Part shown: in pieces, positions 29,726 to 40,044 of the stretch
How positions within the stretch are numbered: the stretch's first letter is position 1
Layout: each line of letters opens with the position of its first letter
DNA from: a bacterium
GTDB taxonomy: Bacteria; Margulisbacteria; Marinamargulisbacteria; UBA817; JABISL01
Length of the DNA stretch: 64,000 nucleotides
Reading direction: 5' to 3'
NCBI GenBank assembly: GCA_018700055.1
Contig: JABISL010000038.1
Coordinates: 19,161-83,160, forward strand
The notes under the pieces: model-generated
Seen by the model: the letters and a program-made list of their open reading frames with translations, nothing else
Database searches by the model: none
What the model was told of the DNA's origin: nothing
Program-made: the position numbers and the translations under genes

Positions 29726-30879
29726 CAGCCGATTTTTCTCAGTATTTAGAATCTATTCCTTCATCTGGCATTCGTGAGTTTTTTGACTTGGTAATGTCTT
29801 CGGATGACATTATTTCTTTGGGGGTAGGGGAGCCGGACTTTACCACCCCATGGTCGATTCGCAGCGAAGCAATATATGCGCTTGAGAAGGGATATACAAC
29901 ATATACTTCGAACGAGGGGTTATTGTCACTAAGAGAATCAATATCTAACTACTGCCAATCGGAATGGGGCATTAACTATAGTCCCGAGACTGAGATTTTG
30001 GTTACCAATGGAGTGTCAGAAGGCGCGGATATTGTATTAAGAGCGCTGTTGAATCCTGGTGATTCGGTGATATTACCTCAACCTGCATATGTTTGCTATG
30101 ACCCACTAATCAAGTTGACCGGTGCTTCAGTAATTCCTGTTGATACGTCTAAATCGAACTTTGTTCCAGACCCCAAAGCGATTGAATCTGCGATTACAGA
30201 TTCTACGAAAGCGATTGTGCTTTGTTATCCCAACAACCCTACCGGACAGTCTATTCCAAGGGATGTTTTGGAGGCTATCGCAAAGGTGGCGAAAGCCAAC
30301 GACCTTTGGGTGCTGTCAGATGAAATTTATGGCGAGCTAAGTTACGAAACGGAGTTTGTATCTATAGCGAGTTTACCTGGCATGAAAGAGCGAACGATTT
30401 TGTTTAACGGGTTTTCAAAAGCCTATGCGATGACAGGGTTTCGGATCGGTTATATATGTGGCCCCGAATCGCTTATATCTAGGGCTACTAAAATTCATCA
30501 ATATAGTGCATTATGCGCATCGATTTTTTCTCAAATGGCCGCAGCAGAAGCGCTTAAGAATGGTCGAAAAGCGATGGAGGAGATGCGACAATCGTATCAA
30601 CAGCGGCGCAATCTATTTGTTGAAGGCTGTCGAAAGATGGGGTTAGAAACCGCTATGCCAGCGGGGGCATTTTATTGTTTTCCGTCCGTCAAGTCGACGG
30701 GATTAGACTCGGTGACGTTTGCTAAACGACTGGTGAAAGAGGCGCGTGTTGCAGTGGTTCCCGGACCAGTTTTTGGAGACGGGGGCGAAGGGCATATTCG
30801 TTGTTGTTATGCGGCGAGTACAGAGGAATTAAAAGAAGCATTGATTCGAATGGAAGTGTTCGTGAAGGGACTCAAATGA
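29722..30879 (+). CDS. PLP-dependent class I/II aminotransferase (YugH-like)
   Basis: SLGVGEPDF, PNNPTG, SDEIY, GFSKAYAMTGFRIG. Confidence 0.93.
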   Translation: MTADFSQYLESIPSSGIREFFDLVMSSDDIISLGVGEPDFTTPWSIRSEAIYALEKGYTTYTSNEGLLSLRESISNYCQSEWGINYSPETEILVTNGVSEGADIVLRALLNPGDSVILPQPAYVCYDPLIKLTGASVIPVDTSKSNFVPDPKAIESAITDSTKAIVLCYPNNPTGQSIPRDVLEAIAKVAKANDLWVLSDEIYGELSYETEFVSIASLPGMKERTILFNGFSKAYAMTGFRIGYICGPESLISRATKIHQYSALCASIFSQMAAAEALKNGRKAMEEMRQSYQQRRNLFVEGCRKMGLETAMPAGAFYCFPSVKSTGLDSVTFAKRLVKEARVAVVPGPVFGDGGEGHIRCCYAASTEELKEALIRMEVFVKGLK

Positions 30880-31433
30880 ATCTTCTAGATTTTGTTGTTA
30901 TGATCGTTATTATATTTCATGCCATTAAGGGGTTTTCTCGAGGGTTGATCAAATTAATTTTCGATCTTTTTGCTTTAATAGGTGGCGTTTGGATTGCCTG
31001 GACGTTTTATCAAGATGGGTCAGTTTGGTTGATTGGAGAGTTAGGGATAAGAGAGCCCTACGCTACGTTTATTAGCTTTGGTGTGGTTTGGGGCGTTGCA
31101 TATCTAGGCTTCACCTTCTTGGGCTCCATTGTAAGTAAGGCAAGTAATCCTACCGTGGTTGGTCCGCTCAATCGATTGGGCGGCTTGTTTTTTGGTGCGA
31201 TAAAAGGATTCTGTTATTTGCTACCTGTATTGATTCCTTTGGCCCATGCTGATTTTCCGATGTATGCAGAATCTGAGATTGCAAAGCCTATGAGTGATTT
31301 GGTAACTAATCGGTTTGTAGGGCTAAAGTTGGAGAAAAAAGTGTTGGAAGATCCGAGTATAAAACGGGTTCAACAAGCCTTGGAAACTGGAGATACCACT
31401 GAGGTTGGGGATCTTCTAAAAACTCTGCAGTAG
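30876..31433 (+). CDS. cvpA: CvpA family membrane protein (start revised to ATG 30876)
   Basis: MNLLDFVV..KGFSRGL and LNRLGGLFFGAIKG; ATGA overlap with the upstream stop. Confidence 0.85.
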   Translation: MNLLDFVVMIVIIFHAIKGFSRGLIKLIFDLFALIGGVWIAWTFYQDGSVWLIGELGIREPYATFISFGVVWGVAYLGFTFLGSIVSKASNPTVVGPLNRLGGLFFGAIKGFCYLLPVLIPLAHADFPMYAESEIAKPMSDLVTNRFVGLKLEKKVLEDPSIKRVQQALETGDTTEVGDLLKTLQ

Positions 31434-31500
31434 TAGCGGCTAACCGATTACAGGTTGCAAGGCATGGGTTTGTGAGGGAAAATGTGGCTAGGAGACAGCT

Positions 31501-32565
31501 ATGTGGAAAGGCCTAATCGAAGAATATAGACAGTATTTACCTGTCAGCGATGCAACACCAGTTATCACTCTTCAAGAGGGAAACACCCCCTTGTTACGAG
31601 CGGATCGTTTGGCAGCAGCCATTGGGTGCCCCGCAACGATTCACCTTAAGTATGAAGGGTTGAATCCTACAGGGTCGTTTAAGGATCGCGGTATGACAAT
31701 GGCGATATCAAAGGCCAAAGAAGAAGGCGCGGAAATGGTAATTTGCGCCTCTACTGGAAACACTTCGGCCGCAGCCGCAGCGTATGCAGCAAGAGCGGAA
31801 ATGAAGTGTGCGGTATTGATTCCTGAAGGAAAGATTGCCTTAGGTAAATTGGCCCAGGCTGTCATGCATGGCGCGACAGTGCTTCAAATAAAGGGAAACT
31901 TTGACGAAGCGCTAAATATCGTGAGAGATGTAGCGGATCAAACGCCGATTGCTTTGGTAAATAGTGTAAATCCCTATCGTATACAGGGTCAAAAAACTGG
32001 TGCCTTCGAAGTTGTAGATCAATTAGGCGATGCGCCAGATTATCATTTTATCCCTGTCGGGAATGCCGGAAACATTACGGCGTATTGGATGGGGTATAAA
32101 GAGTATTCGGATCATGGAAAATCAACAAAACGTCCCAAAATGATGGGGTACCAAGCCGCTGGGTCTGCGCCTATAGTGCTGGGCCATCCGGTAGAAAATC
32201 CTGATACGATTGCTACGGCAATTCGAATTGGAAACCCTGCGAGCTGGGCCTTCGCTGAAGCGGCTAGAGATGAATCTGGCGGCACTATAGATAGCGTTAC
32301 TGACGAAGAAATCACCGAAGCCCAAAAACTTTTGGCTCAATACGAAGGGGTGTTTTGTGAACCTGCTTCCGCTGCTTCGGTTGCAGGGATTATCAAGCAT
32401 CACCGAGATGTAGGCTTATCCGACTCAGAAGTAGTTGTAGCAACGTTAACTGGTCATGGACTGAAAGACCCAAATAGAGCTATCGAAATTGCCTCAGCAC
32501 AGCCCAGGAGTGTCTCTAGTGACCGCTCAGAAGTGCAGGACATATTGATGGCTGAACTAGAGTAA
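31501..32565 (+). CDS. thrC: Threonine synthase
   Basis: [37 protein letters not shown]. Confidence 0.96.
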   Translation: MWKGLIEEYRQYLPVSDATPVITLQEGNTPLLRADRLAAAIGCPATIHLKYEGLNPTGSFKDRGMTMAISKAKEEGAEMVICASTGNTSAAAAAYAARAEMKCAVLIPEGKIALGKLAQAVMHGATVLQIKGNFDEALNIVRDVADQTPIALVNSVNPYRIQGQKTGAFEVVDQLGDAPDYHFIPVGNAGNITAYWMGYKEYSDHGKSTKRPKMMGYQAAGSAPIVLGHPVENPDTIATAIRIGNPASWAFAEAARDESGGTIDSVTDEEITEAQKLLAQYEGVFCEPASAASVAGIIKHHRDVGLSDSEVVVATLTGHGLKDPNRAIEIASAQPRSVSSDRSEVQDILMAELE

Positions 32566-35500
32566 TGACCTCATCCGCTCGGATGTTTTTTCTTATCGCT
32601 CTAGGCATTGGACTAGGGGGATACATTTCCCTGTCGACTTTTTATCGAAGTAACGTTCCTCAACGGACGATTAAGACGCTTGTTGAGCGAGAAATGAGTA
32701 AAGCTTTTCGTCGTGAAGTTCAAGTGGATGGGATTTCTGGAAACTTGATAACGCAAGCAAAATTAACGGGAATTCGAATTGCCAGTATGGATACCGTTGA
32801 TAATGAAACGCTTTTGGAAATTGATGAGCTAGTAGCTAACTATAGTCTCATTCGAGCGCTTAGAAACAATGGCGATATATTGGCTGGAATCCACACTGTA
32901 GATATGAGAGGGGTTACGCTTAACCTGCGTCGGTTTCAGGATGATAAATGGAACTTAATGGACTTTTTGGTTCCGCCACCACCCGGTCCGGGAGAGCCCC
33001 CACTCAAACCTTTGACGTTTCGTGGCACGCTATTTATTCAAGGGTTGAGGGGAACGTTTAAGGACTATCATGGGTGGGGAAAAGATATACCAGAAACCCC
33101 GTTTTATGAGGAATTTGACTCGGGATTTGGACGACTTAACTTTAATCGACTTGAGAAAGCTAGTATTAGCCTGTCCGCTCGATTTAAAGACACCGGGTCG
33201 CCAATGAGTATGAACGGAACAATGAATGGCTATAATGGCCAGTTCCAATATGCGATTTCTATACCTCATTTAAACACTGAAAAGTGGGGCGAGTATGTAT
33301 TTCCCTTAGAGGGGTTTTCATTGGGAGATGACCCAATATCTGTTGTTGGGCGTTTAGAGAGTAAAAACCCTATCCCTAAAACTGGGAGCCCTTTTTATTA
33401 TTCTTTTAATCTTCAATTTGGCGATCTTATGTTTAAGACACCGTACTTTCCGGTCCCTATGGCACATATGGAAGGGGACTTATTATTTACTAACAATCCC
33501 AATGTTCGTGTTCATTTGTCTGGATTTAAGGGAGCGTTAGCGGGCATTCCTTTAAAAGGACATGGTGATATTCTTATTGATGATAAGCAGATTGATTTGG
33601 CCATTCAAACGCAGTCATCTTTTTCATTGGAATCCATGAAGGCACTTTTTCCAGCATTGGATATATGGTCTTACAAAGGGGTAGGGGCGACGGACCTAAA
33701 AGTTACTGGCGATCTAAATCGGCCAGAGATTAACGGAAAAATGATGGTTAAGAGTGCTTATTTTTATGGACTTACTCCTCAGGCACTTGAAGTAGATTAT
33801 CAATTTTTGGATCGAAACTTAGTTTTTTCATTTGATAAAGGGGAGCTATTCGGTGGGACCTTTCAAGGGAAAGGGGCGATAGGGTTTCAAGGCGGATCTG
33901 CATTTAACATGGCGTTTGATACACAGGATATAAATCTGCATCGGCTATTTCCTAAAATGAAAACACACCTCTCTCCATCAGTAAATGTAAGTGCGAAAAT
34001 TGATGGGCGCTGGGATCGATTTTTGGCTTCGATTCATATGGGTAGCGAAGCACTCAAGCTGTTTCAGCAGCCTGTTTCCAGCTTAGACATAGACATGGTT
34101 GTTCATGATGGACGCCAGGTGACTATTGAGTCATTTGATATGGCGCTTGAAGACAATAAATCATTAACAGCTAAAGGGCGCATCAAAAATCTAAGAGACC
34201 TTACATTACGTTATTCTGGGACTCAGATTCCCTTTTATGACGTTTATCCCAAGACTAAGCAGAATAAGTTTGGCCAAGCGACTTTGACTGGTACATTTTC
34301 AGCGCCTTTGATTCCTGCTTTTTTTAAATCTCCAATGCAGCATCTTTCTGTAGATACCGACGCGACCTTTTCTCATGGGAAGTTAATGGGGTTTCCTTTT
34401 CAAAAAGCGGCGCTCAAAATGACCTATTCCAAATCGAATGGTGCTGTGAAATATCTGGATATGGCAGACGGATGGTCCTCTATTCATTTGGACGGGGATT
34501 ATAAGAGATTGCGTCCTCAGGATATGAGGTTGACCCTGAGTCAGGTTGAAATAGCAGACGCGCCACTATTGATGAGTGTAATTCCAAATGACTGGCAGCC
34601 TGTTAGTGGCAAACTAAGTGCGAGTGTTGTGTTGACGGAATATGAGCAAGTCTATCCGCCCAAAAAGAAGCGAAGTGTGTGGAACGCGCTTAGAAATATC
34701 GATGTAAAAGGGACGGTTCGTGTCCAGGCAGGTCGATTGTTTAATCAACCCTTTGATAATCTGGCGATCAAAGCCCATTGGCGGGGCAATGGATTGGATT
34801 TGGATGCTTTTAAGCTTACTAATAATCTTTCGGAGATAGGTGTGAGCGGGACGTTGAATGACGTAGGGATGTCACTAAAAGTGCTTCCTGGAACGGTTTT
34901 GTATTTTTCAGATTTTGATACGATTTTGTCTTTATTTGGGGATGTAAAAGGCGTTGTTCATCTTAACGGTGCTTTGAAAGGGCGATATAAATCACCTGGC
35001 TTTGACTTGAACATCCAAGCCAAAGGATTGCAATACAATGCGATTGGACTAGAGGCGATTTCAGGGCGTGTTGGGTATCAATCCGGAAAGGCGATTTTTA
35101 AGTCATTAGTGATTCGTGATCAAAAAAGTACCTATCGTCTGAATGGCCATATGGACTTTTCTACTCTTTTAAAAGAGGGTGCGACCATCAGTGATTTTGT
35201 TTATGACATGTCCGTTCAATTTGAGGATGTGGCGCTGGAAAACAGTGTCGAGCTAGTTGATTTAATTTATCGAGAGCATAAGCGACGAAATCAACCACAA
35301 CTATCGGAAAAAATTAGTAATGGTAACGCGCAAGTGATTCAATCTGAGTCAGCAATTGCATATAGTTTAAGAGACCCTTATCTTTCTAAAAAAATCCGTG
35401 CGTTGTATCAGCCTGGAAATAAACGAAATAGTTTGGGGTTTTTTGATCAAATAAGAGCGGCACAAGCAGCGGATTTATTGGTCCAAGATTCCACTTTAAA

Positions 35501-37589
35501 AAGGCATTTCGAAGGGGTTCTTAATGGGTATGTTAGGGCTAAATCACGAAAGGGACGCAACCCGTTAATTCGAACAAAGCTTCGCCTGGATGACGGGATA
35601 TTGGGACTTCTGGATACTAAGCGTGTAGATCTTTTTGTGCGGACAAGGGCCGATGACATTGGGGTGGATCTTTCGGTTCAGGACGGCGTCATTAAAGGGA
35701 CTACATTTCAATCATTTGTTTTGGCTTCTGTATTTAACTCTGACGGAGATCTGTTGGTTCGGCGTTCTGAATGGGTGTCTCAAGGTCAAATTAATCCCAA
35801 GCTTATTACCGGAACCATTCCGATTTCCGGGTTGTGGGATAAACGTCGACGAGTTTCTCCAATGAACGTGTCGATTGTGTTGAAAAATAATGATATTAAC
35901 TTGTTCTCTTTGGCACTTCCTTATATTGATGAGATTAAGAATGACGGCGAGATAAGAGTTCGTGTAACAGGGTCCCTGCAATCGCCAGTGTTTAACGCAA
36001 CACGACTAACATTAAGAAATGCTGAAATTTTATTTAATCCAGAGACTACTTTTTTTCGGTCTCCGTTTCGAATCGCGAAGGCCAATCTAAAATTAAAAAA
36101 CAATATTTTGCGCCTCAACAGGCTGAAAATTTTGTGGAAAGGTGAGGATACTCGGCGTCGATTTAATAATGATATTTATGACAATATATTTGATGTCTCT
36201 GGGTCGTTAGTATTGCGTGAGTTTGATATGGCGGAGTGGGAGCGTATGGTTTTGGGGTTGAATTTGAAATTTGGCCCTCGCTATTATGCACTTAACCTGA
36301 CGGATATTTACCATGGTGACATGAATGTTCATTCGCTGACTATTAAAGGTGATAGTTATATTCCGCTATCAGATGAAGCCAAAGAAATATGGGTGGCTAA
36401 TGCGGGAACGGACCTTGAAAAAGGCCCTGAGATAAAAGCGTTTGTTGAGCTTAGAGACGGTCGAATAGCGTTTCCTACTATTAAGAAAAAAGCACTTAAG
36501 CCGTCCTATGCCTTGAATGTTGATGTGCGCATACAGCAAGGTGTTTTTGTTGAAGGGGGGATCTTTGGATCTGGAGTATTTAGCTTGGCGAATAATTTTT
36601 ATTTGGAGTTGCAAGATACCCCAACGGATCAAAAAAGTGCGATTCATATCGGTGGCGTGTTGAATTTGTTGCGCATTGATAACACGCTTACTATTACTGA
36701 AGGGTCGGTTACATTTTTTGATCGATTATTTGAGATTATGAATGTGGAGCAACAGCGTCAGTTCTTTGGCCATCAGCCGGATGAAATCGGTTCAAATACA
36801 TTATCGTTTGTCACAGACTACCCCAAAGACAATGAGAAACAGCGATTAATCCCTGTTATGAATGTAAGATCTGTTTCCTACGTTGAGCAGTTTACGGATA
36901 CTACGGATTCTACAGCAAGTGACAACGCGACGACGGATCTGATAACAACCCAATCAACCTACAAAGGAGTTGTGGCATTATTTAAGGGGCGTTTGGATGC
37001 TCTTCAGCGGTCTATGATAATTGAAGAGTATGATGTAACCAATCCGCTATCTCGATCAGTTGGCGCCCAGTTTGTTCGTCGATATGAACTTGATTTGGAG
37101 TCAGGATCTGATTCAGAAGAGTCTCAAGAAGCGCTCAAACTAATTTTGCCAGACTTTCTTCAAACAGGTGATGCGGAGTTTGCTAAGCTGGGTCAAAGTC
37201 AGGCCAATAATTTATTTCGTAGTACGATTCGGCCCTATGAAAAACGCTTGGCACGCCGAGTAGGATTGTATGATTTGCGCTTAGATTATAATGTTGGCAG
37301 GGCTTTGTTTACAGATGAGCAAAGTGGAAGTAGTACTACAGATACTAATTTGGTTGGTTTAAACATGGTGGCAGATTTAATGTCGGAAAAACTTTTTTTG
37401 AGGGTTAAAACAGATATGGACTTGTCGTCGGAATCCAGAAGCTCACTCAGCAGTATTAAATTTACCGAATTTGAGTTGACTTATTTAATAACGAATCAAT
37501 TTTCCGTTAACTTTTCGGACATTAGTGATTATAGAGAAACAGATGATTTTAGTCCCCGATTCTCACTGACGTTTATCCATGAATTTTAA
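32565..37589 (+). CDS. TamB/AsmA-like translocation-assembly protein
   Basis: N-terminal TM anchor, 1674 aa of repeated beta segments (GDLNRPEING, VTGSLQSP), directly upstream of an Omp85 gene. Confidence 0.75.
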   Translation: MTSSARMFFLIALGIGLGGYISLSTFYRSNVPQRTIKTLVEREMSKAFRREVQVDGISGNLITQAKLTGIRIASMDTVDNETLLEIDELVANYSLIRALRNNGDILAGIHTVDMRGVTLNLRRFQDDKWNLMDFLVPPPPGPGEPPLKPLTFRGTLFIQGLRGTFKDYHGWGKDIPETPFYEEFDSGFGRLNFNRLEKASISLSARFKDTGSPMSMNGTMNGYNGQFQYAISIPHLNTEKWGEYVFPLEGFSLGDDPISVVGRLESKNPIPKTGSPFYYSFNLQFGDLMFKTPYFPVPMAHMEGDLLFTNNPNVRVHLSGFKGALAGIPLKGHGDILIDDKQIDLAIQTQSSFSLESMKALFPALDIWSYKGVGATDLKVTGDLNRPEINGKMMVKSAYFYGLTPQALEVDYQFLDRNLVFSFDKGELFGGTFQGKGAIGFQGGSAFNMAFDTQDINLHRLFPKMKTHLSPSVNVSAKIDGRWDRFLASIHMGSEALKLFQQPVSSLDIDMVVHDGRQVTIESFDMALEDNKSLTAKGRIKNLRDLTLRYSGTQIPFYDVYPKTKQNKFGQATLTGTFSAPLIPAFFKSPMQHLSVDTDATFSHGKLMGFPFQKAALKMTYSKSNGAVKYLDMADGWSSIHLDGDYKRLRPQDMRLTLSQVEIADAPLLMSVIPNDWQPVSGKLSASVVLTEYEQVYPPKKKRSVWNALRNIDVKGTVRVQAGRLFNQPFDNLAIKAHWRGNGLDLDAFKLTNNLSEIGVSGTLNDVGMSLKVLPGTVLYFSDFDTILSLFGDVKGVVHLNGALKGRYKSPGFDLNIQAKGLQYNAIGLEAISGRVGYQSGKAIFKSLVIRDQKSTYRLNGHMDFSTLLKEGATISDFVYDMSVQFEDVALENSVELVDLIYREHKRRNQPQLSEKISNGNAQVIQSESAIAYSLRDPYLSKKIRALYQPGNKRNSLGFFDQIRAAQAADLLVQDSTLKRHFEGVLNGYVRAKSRKGRNPLIRTKLRLDDGILGLLDTKRVDLFVRTRADDIGVDLSVQDGVIKGTTFQSFVLASVFNSDGDLLVRRSEWVSQGQINPKLITGTIPISGLWDKRRRVSPMNVSIVLKNNDINLFSLALPYIDEIKNDGEIRVRVTGSLQSPVFNATRLTLRNAEILFNPETTFFRSPFRIAKANLKLKNNILRLNRLKILWKGEDTRRRFNNDIYDNIFDVSGSLVLREFDMAEWERMVLGLNLKFGPRYYALNLTDIYHGDMNVHSLTIKGDSYIPLSDEAKEIWVANAGTDLEKGPEIKAFVELRDGRIAFPTIKKKALKPSYALNVDVRIQQGVFVEGGIFGSGVFSLANNFYLELQDTPTDQKSAIHIGGVLNLLRIDNTLTITEGSVTFFDRLFEIMNVEQQRQFFGHQPDEIGSNTLSFVTDYPKDNEKQRLIPVMNVRSVSYVEQFTDTTDSTASDNATTDLITTQSTYKGVVALFKGRLDALQRSMIIEEYDVTNPLSRSVGAQFVRRYELDLESGSDSEESQEALKLILPDFLQTGDAEFAKLGQSQANNLFRSTIRPYEKRLARRVGLYDLRLDYNVGRALFTDEQSGSSTTDTNLVGLNMVADLMSEKLFLRVKTDMDLSSESRSSLSSIKFTEFELTYLITNQFSVNFSDISDYRETDDFSPRFSLTFIHEF

Positions 37590-39291
37590 GCGGTATCTAT
37601 TTGTTGTTTTTGGCGTAATAGTGCTTTTGGCATCGGTGAGTCATGCGGCGTTGTCTACTCGAATTGTTAGAGATGTAGCGTTTGAAGGGCTATCTCATGT
37701 CACGGTGTATGAGGTTCCTTACCTGAAGGAAGCCAAGCGATATATGGGCCAAATTGTTACGGATAAGCAGCTGTCAGATGCGGTCCATAGGTTTTATCTG
37801 TCGGGATATTTTTCGTACGTTGGATTTAAGAAGAAACATACGATTAGAGGCACTCTAATTACCTTTGTGTTTGAAGAAAACCCTATTATTCAATCAATGA
37901 CCTTTCAAGGATTGACGATATACTCTCCCATTTTTATGGAGCGACTGATTGATAATAAAGTGGGAAAACCGCTTAATATTGCTCATCTAGATACAGATGT
38001 TAAAAAGATGGAGAGCACCTTTCGGGATAGAGGGTTTGATTTATTTACGGTACAAGAAACCAAAATAACGCCGGATGGGGTTCTAATTTTTCGTATTGTT
38101 GAGGGGATAGTGGGCTCGATTGAGTTTGAAGGAATGACTCAAACACAGCCGTTTATTGTGGGTCGGGAGTTGTCCTTTCAAAAAGGCGATGTATTTAACT
38201 CGCTCATGCTGAGAAAGGATCGGGCTAGGATTCTTCGGTTGGGATATTTTTCGAGTGTGTCGTCCCCCAGACTATCATTGGCAGAGTCGGGCGATTCGAT
38301 TGATATCAAGTTTGATGTGAAAGAAAAAAAAATTAATATGGTGAGTGTTGGTATTGAGCAGCTTGAACAAGATGAAGGCGTTGCGGCCTTCTCGAAAGTA
38401 TTTTATAACCACCTTTTCTTAGAAAGCGATACGATCTCTGCCAAGGCCCAAGTTCAGTTTGGAGAAGAGTTTAGCTTGAGAAGCTATTCGTTGAGATATG
38501 CCCAGCCTTGGCTGTTGAATACGATTCCGGTTCAGTTTGCAGTTGATTTTTATACCGAGTTTCGAAGTGAGTCATTTACCAATGAAACAACCGTTCGTAA
38601 TAATATCCGACAAGGAGGAGATATCATCTTGTCCTCTCCTTTAATTACGGATGAGTTTACAGTATCAATGAAAGGGAAAGTGGAGTCTGTTAGACCTCAA
38701 GATGGCGATGACTTTGATTCCTACGACATCCATTCCTTAACAGCTGTCGCTAACTTTGATGATCGTATTAATAAAACAAACCCATTTTCAGGGGAATATT
38801 TGGTCTATAGTATGGAGCGTGGCGGTAACTTCGGTGCGTTTGACTTAGGTGGACTAGACTTTAATCGATGGAGTCTTAACATGGCCAAGTTCTTTGGCAT
38901 TGGCGAAGAAACGGTATTAGCTACTCGTTTTTTCTATGGTGATTTTAGCCCTGACACGGCTGCAAATATCCAGACGTTCGATAGTGAAGAATTTCCGCTT
39001 GGCGGATCAAATAGCTTGCGTGGTTATCACGAGCTTAGCTTTTATGGGAAGAAACGCGTCCTGTTCAACGTAGAATACCGCCATCAGTTTTCTAAAGATA
39101 TTCAAGGTGTTCTGTTTTATGATCTGGGTCAAGTTTTTGAAGATGACGTTTCAACCAATCTATCTAACTATGAGTCCGGTGCCGGGTTTGGCGTTCGTTA
39201 CTTTACTGCGCTTGCGCCACTCAGATTGGATTTTGGATGGGGGGGGAGTGGCGATTTAATAATCCACTTCAACCTAGGCCAAGCGTTTTAA
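37579..39291 (+). CDS. Omp85 (BamA/TamA) family outer-membrane protein with about 3 POTRA domains
   Basis: POTRA motifs (LSGYFS, RLGYFSSV), LGGSNSLRGY loop 6, APLRLDFGWG, C-terminal FNLGQAF. Confidence 0.92.
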   Translation: MNFKRYLFVVFGVIVLLASVSHAALSTRIVRDVAFEGLSHVTVYEVPYLKEAKRYMGQIVTDKQLSDAVHRFYLSGYFSYVGFKKKHTIRGTLITFVFEENPIIQSMTFQGLTIYSPIFMERLIDNKVGKPLNIAHLDTDVKKMESTFRDRGFDLFTVQETKITPDGVLIFRIVEGIVGSIEFEGMTQTQPFIVGRELSFQKGDVFNSLMLRKDRARILRLGYFSSVSSPRLSLAESGDSIDIKFDVKEKKINMVSVGIEQLEQDEGVAAFSKVFYNHLFLESDTISAKAQVQFGEEFSLRSYSLRYAQPWLLNTIPVQFAVDFYTEFRSESFTNETTVRNNIRQGGDIILSSPLITDEFTVSMKGKVESVRPQDGDDFDSYDIHSLTAVANFDDRINKTNPFSGEYLVYSMERGGNFGAFDLGGLDFNRWSLNMAKFFGIGEETVLATRFFYGDFSPDTAANIQTFDSEEFPLGGSNSLRGYHELSFYGKKRVLFNVEYRHQFSKDIQGVLFYDLGQVFEDDVSTNLSNYESGAGFGVRYFTALAPLRLDFGWGGSGDLIIHFNLGQAF

Positions 39292-39303
39292 GTTAGTACT
39301 TTT

Positions 39304-39404
39304 GGATCCTTTGCCCAGCTGCCAGGTTTGCTATATAGGAAATATAGCTGCACCCACCACCTGACCAAATTATCCTAAAACTCCTGCGCTTTTAGGGGGA
39401 GTTT
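39304..39404. other. Intergenic double stem-loop
   Basis: Long hairpin 39304-39375 with apex GCTATAT-AGGAA-ATATAGC, plus AAACTCC..GGAGTTT at 39378-39404. Confidence 0.5.
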
Positions 39405-39437
39405 ACTAATAGTGTTTTCCATTGAATAATTATTCTT

Positions 39438-40004
39438 ATGGATTTCAATGACTTACCCTCAAGATTGCGTAGGTTATATTCTTCAATTGGATTGAAGGTT
39501 GATGAGAATGTTCAAAAATATATCAAAATTACAGAGATAGATGCGGGTAAGATGATAACTTTTGAGAATGGTAGAACCCTTTCGGAAACCGAAAATGTTA
39601 TTTTGGTAATTATTGAGCAAATTGCAAAATTGAAAGACCATTTGATTAATAAAAGTTTGAATCGGCAAAATGTTGAGAACGCCATAAATGATTCATTTGA
39701 CCTGCAGATTATAATGGACCTCTATAATTCTGAGAAACATGGCTATCCACTTACGAAGTATAGGCGATCTGAGCTTGACCCATGCATAAAGAATGTTAGA
39801 AATGTACTGGTCCTGCCGCCCGGAGAGGGTTTTGGAATTAATATAAATAAAGTTGAGTTAGTTAAGCTTAAGGGGTGCAGAATTATGGCTGTTGCTGATG
39901 TATATGATGGCACAGGGAATTTGATTTGTGGGTCAGATAAACTAATTAATTCAGGGGTGTGCCAATGGGAAGAATTTATTGAAAAGAATAATTTTATACA
40001 ATGA
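39438..40004 (+). CDS. Hypothetical AT-rich protein, possible HEPN-like fold
   Basis: 188-aa ORF with LKDHL...LQIIMDLYNSEKHG pattern. Confidence 0.6.
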   Translation: MDFNDLPSRLRRLYSSIGLKVDENVQKYIKITEIDAGKMITFENGRTLSETENVILVIIEQIAKLKDHLINKSLNRQNVENAINDSFDLQIIMDLYNSEKHGYPLTKYRRSELDPCIKNVRNVLVLPPGEGFGININKVELVKLKGCRIMAVADVYDGTGNLICGSDKLINSGVCQWEEFIEKNNFIQ

Positions 40005-40044
40005 CCTTTTAATTGATAGCTACATGGAGATAAGCGTATAAAAA

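Noticed and set aside
31457-31476. Possible sigma-54 -24/-12 promoter before thrC
   Set aside because: GGCATGGGTTTGT lacks the required GG-N10-GC spacing; I saw no convincing sigma-54 site in the intergenic regions I checked.
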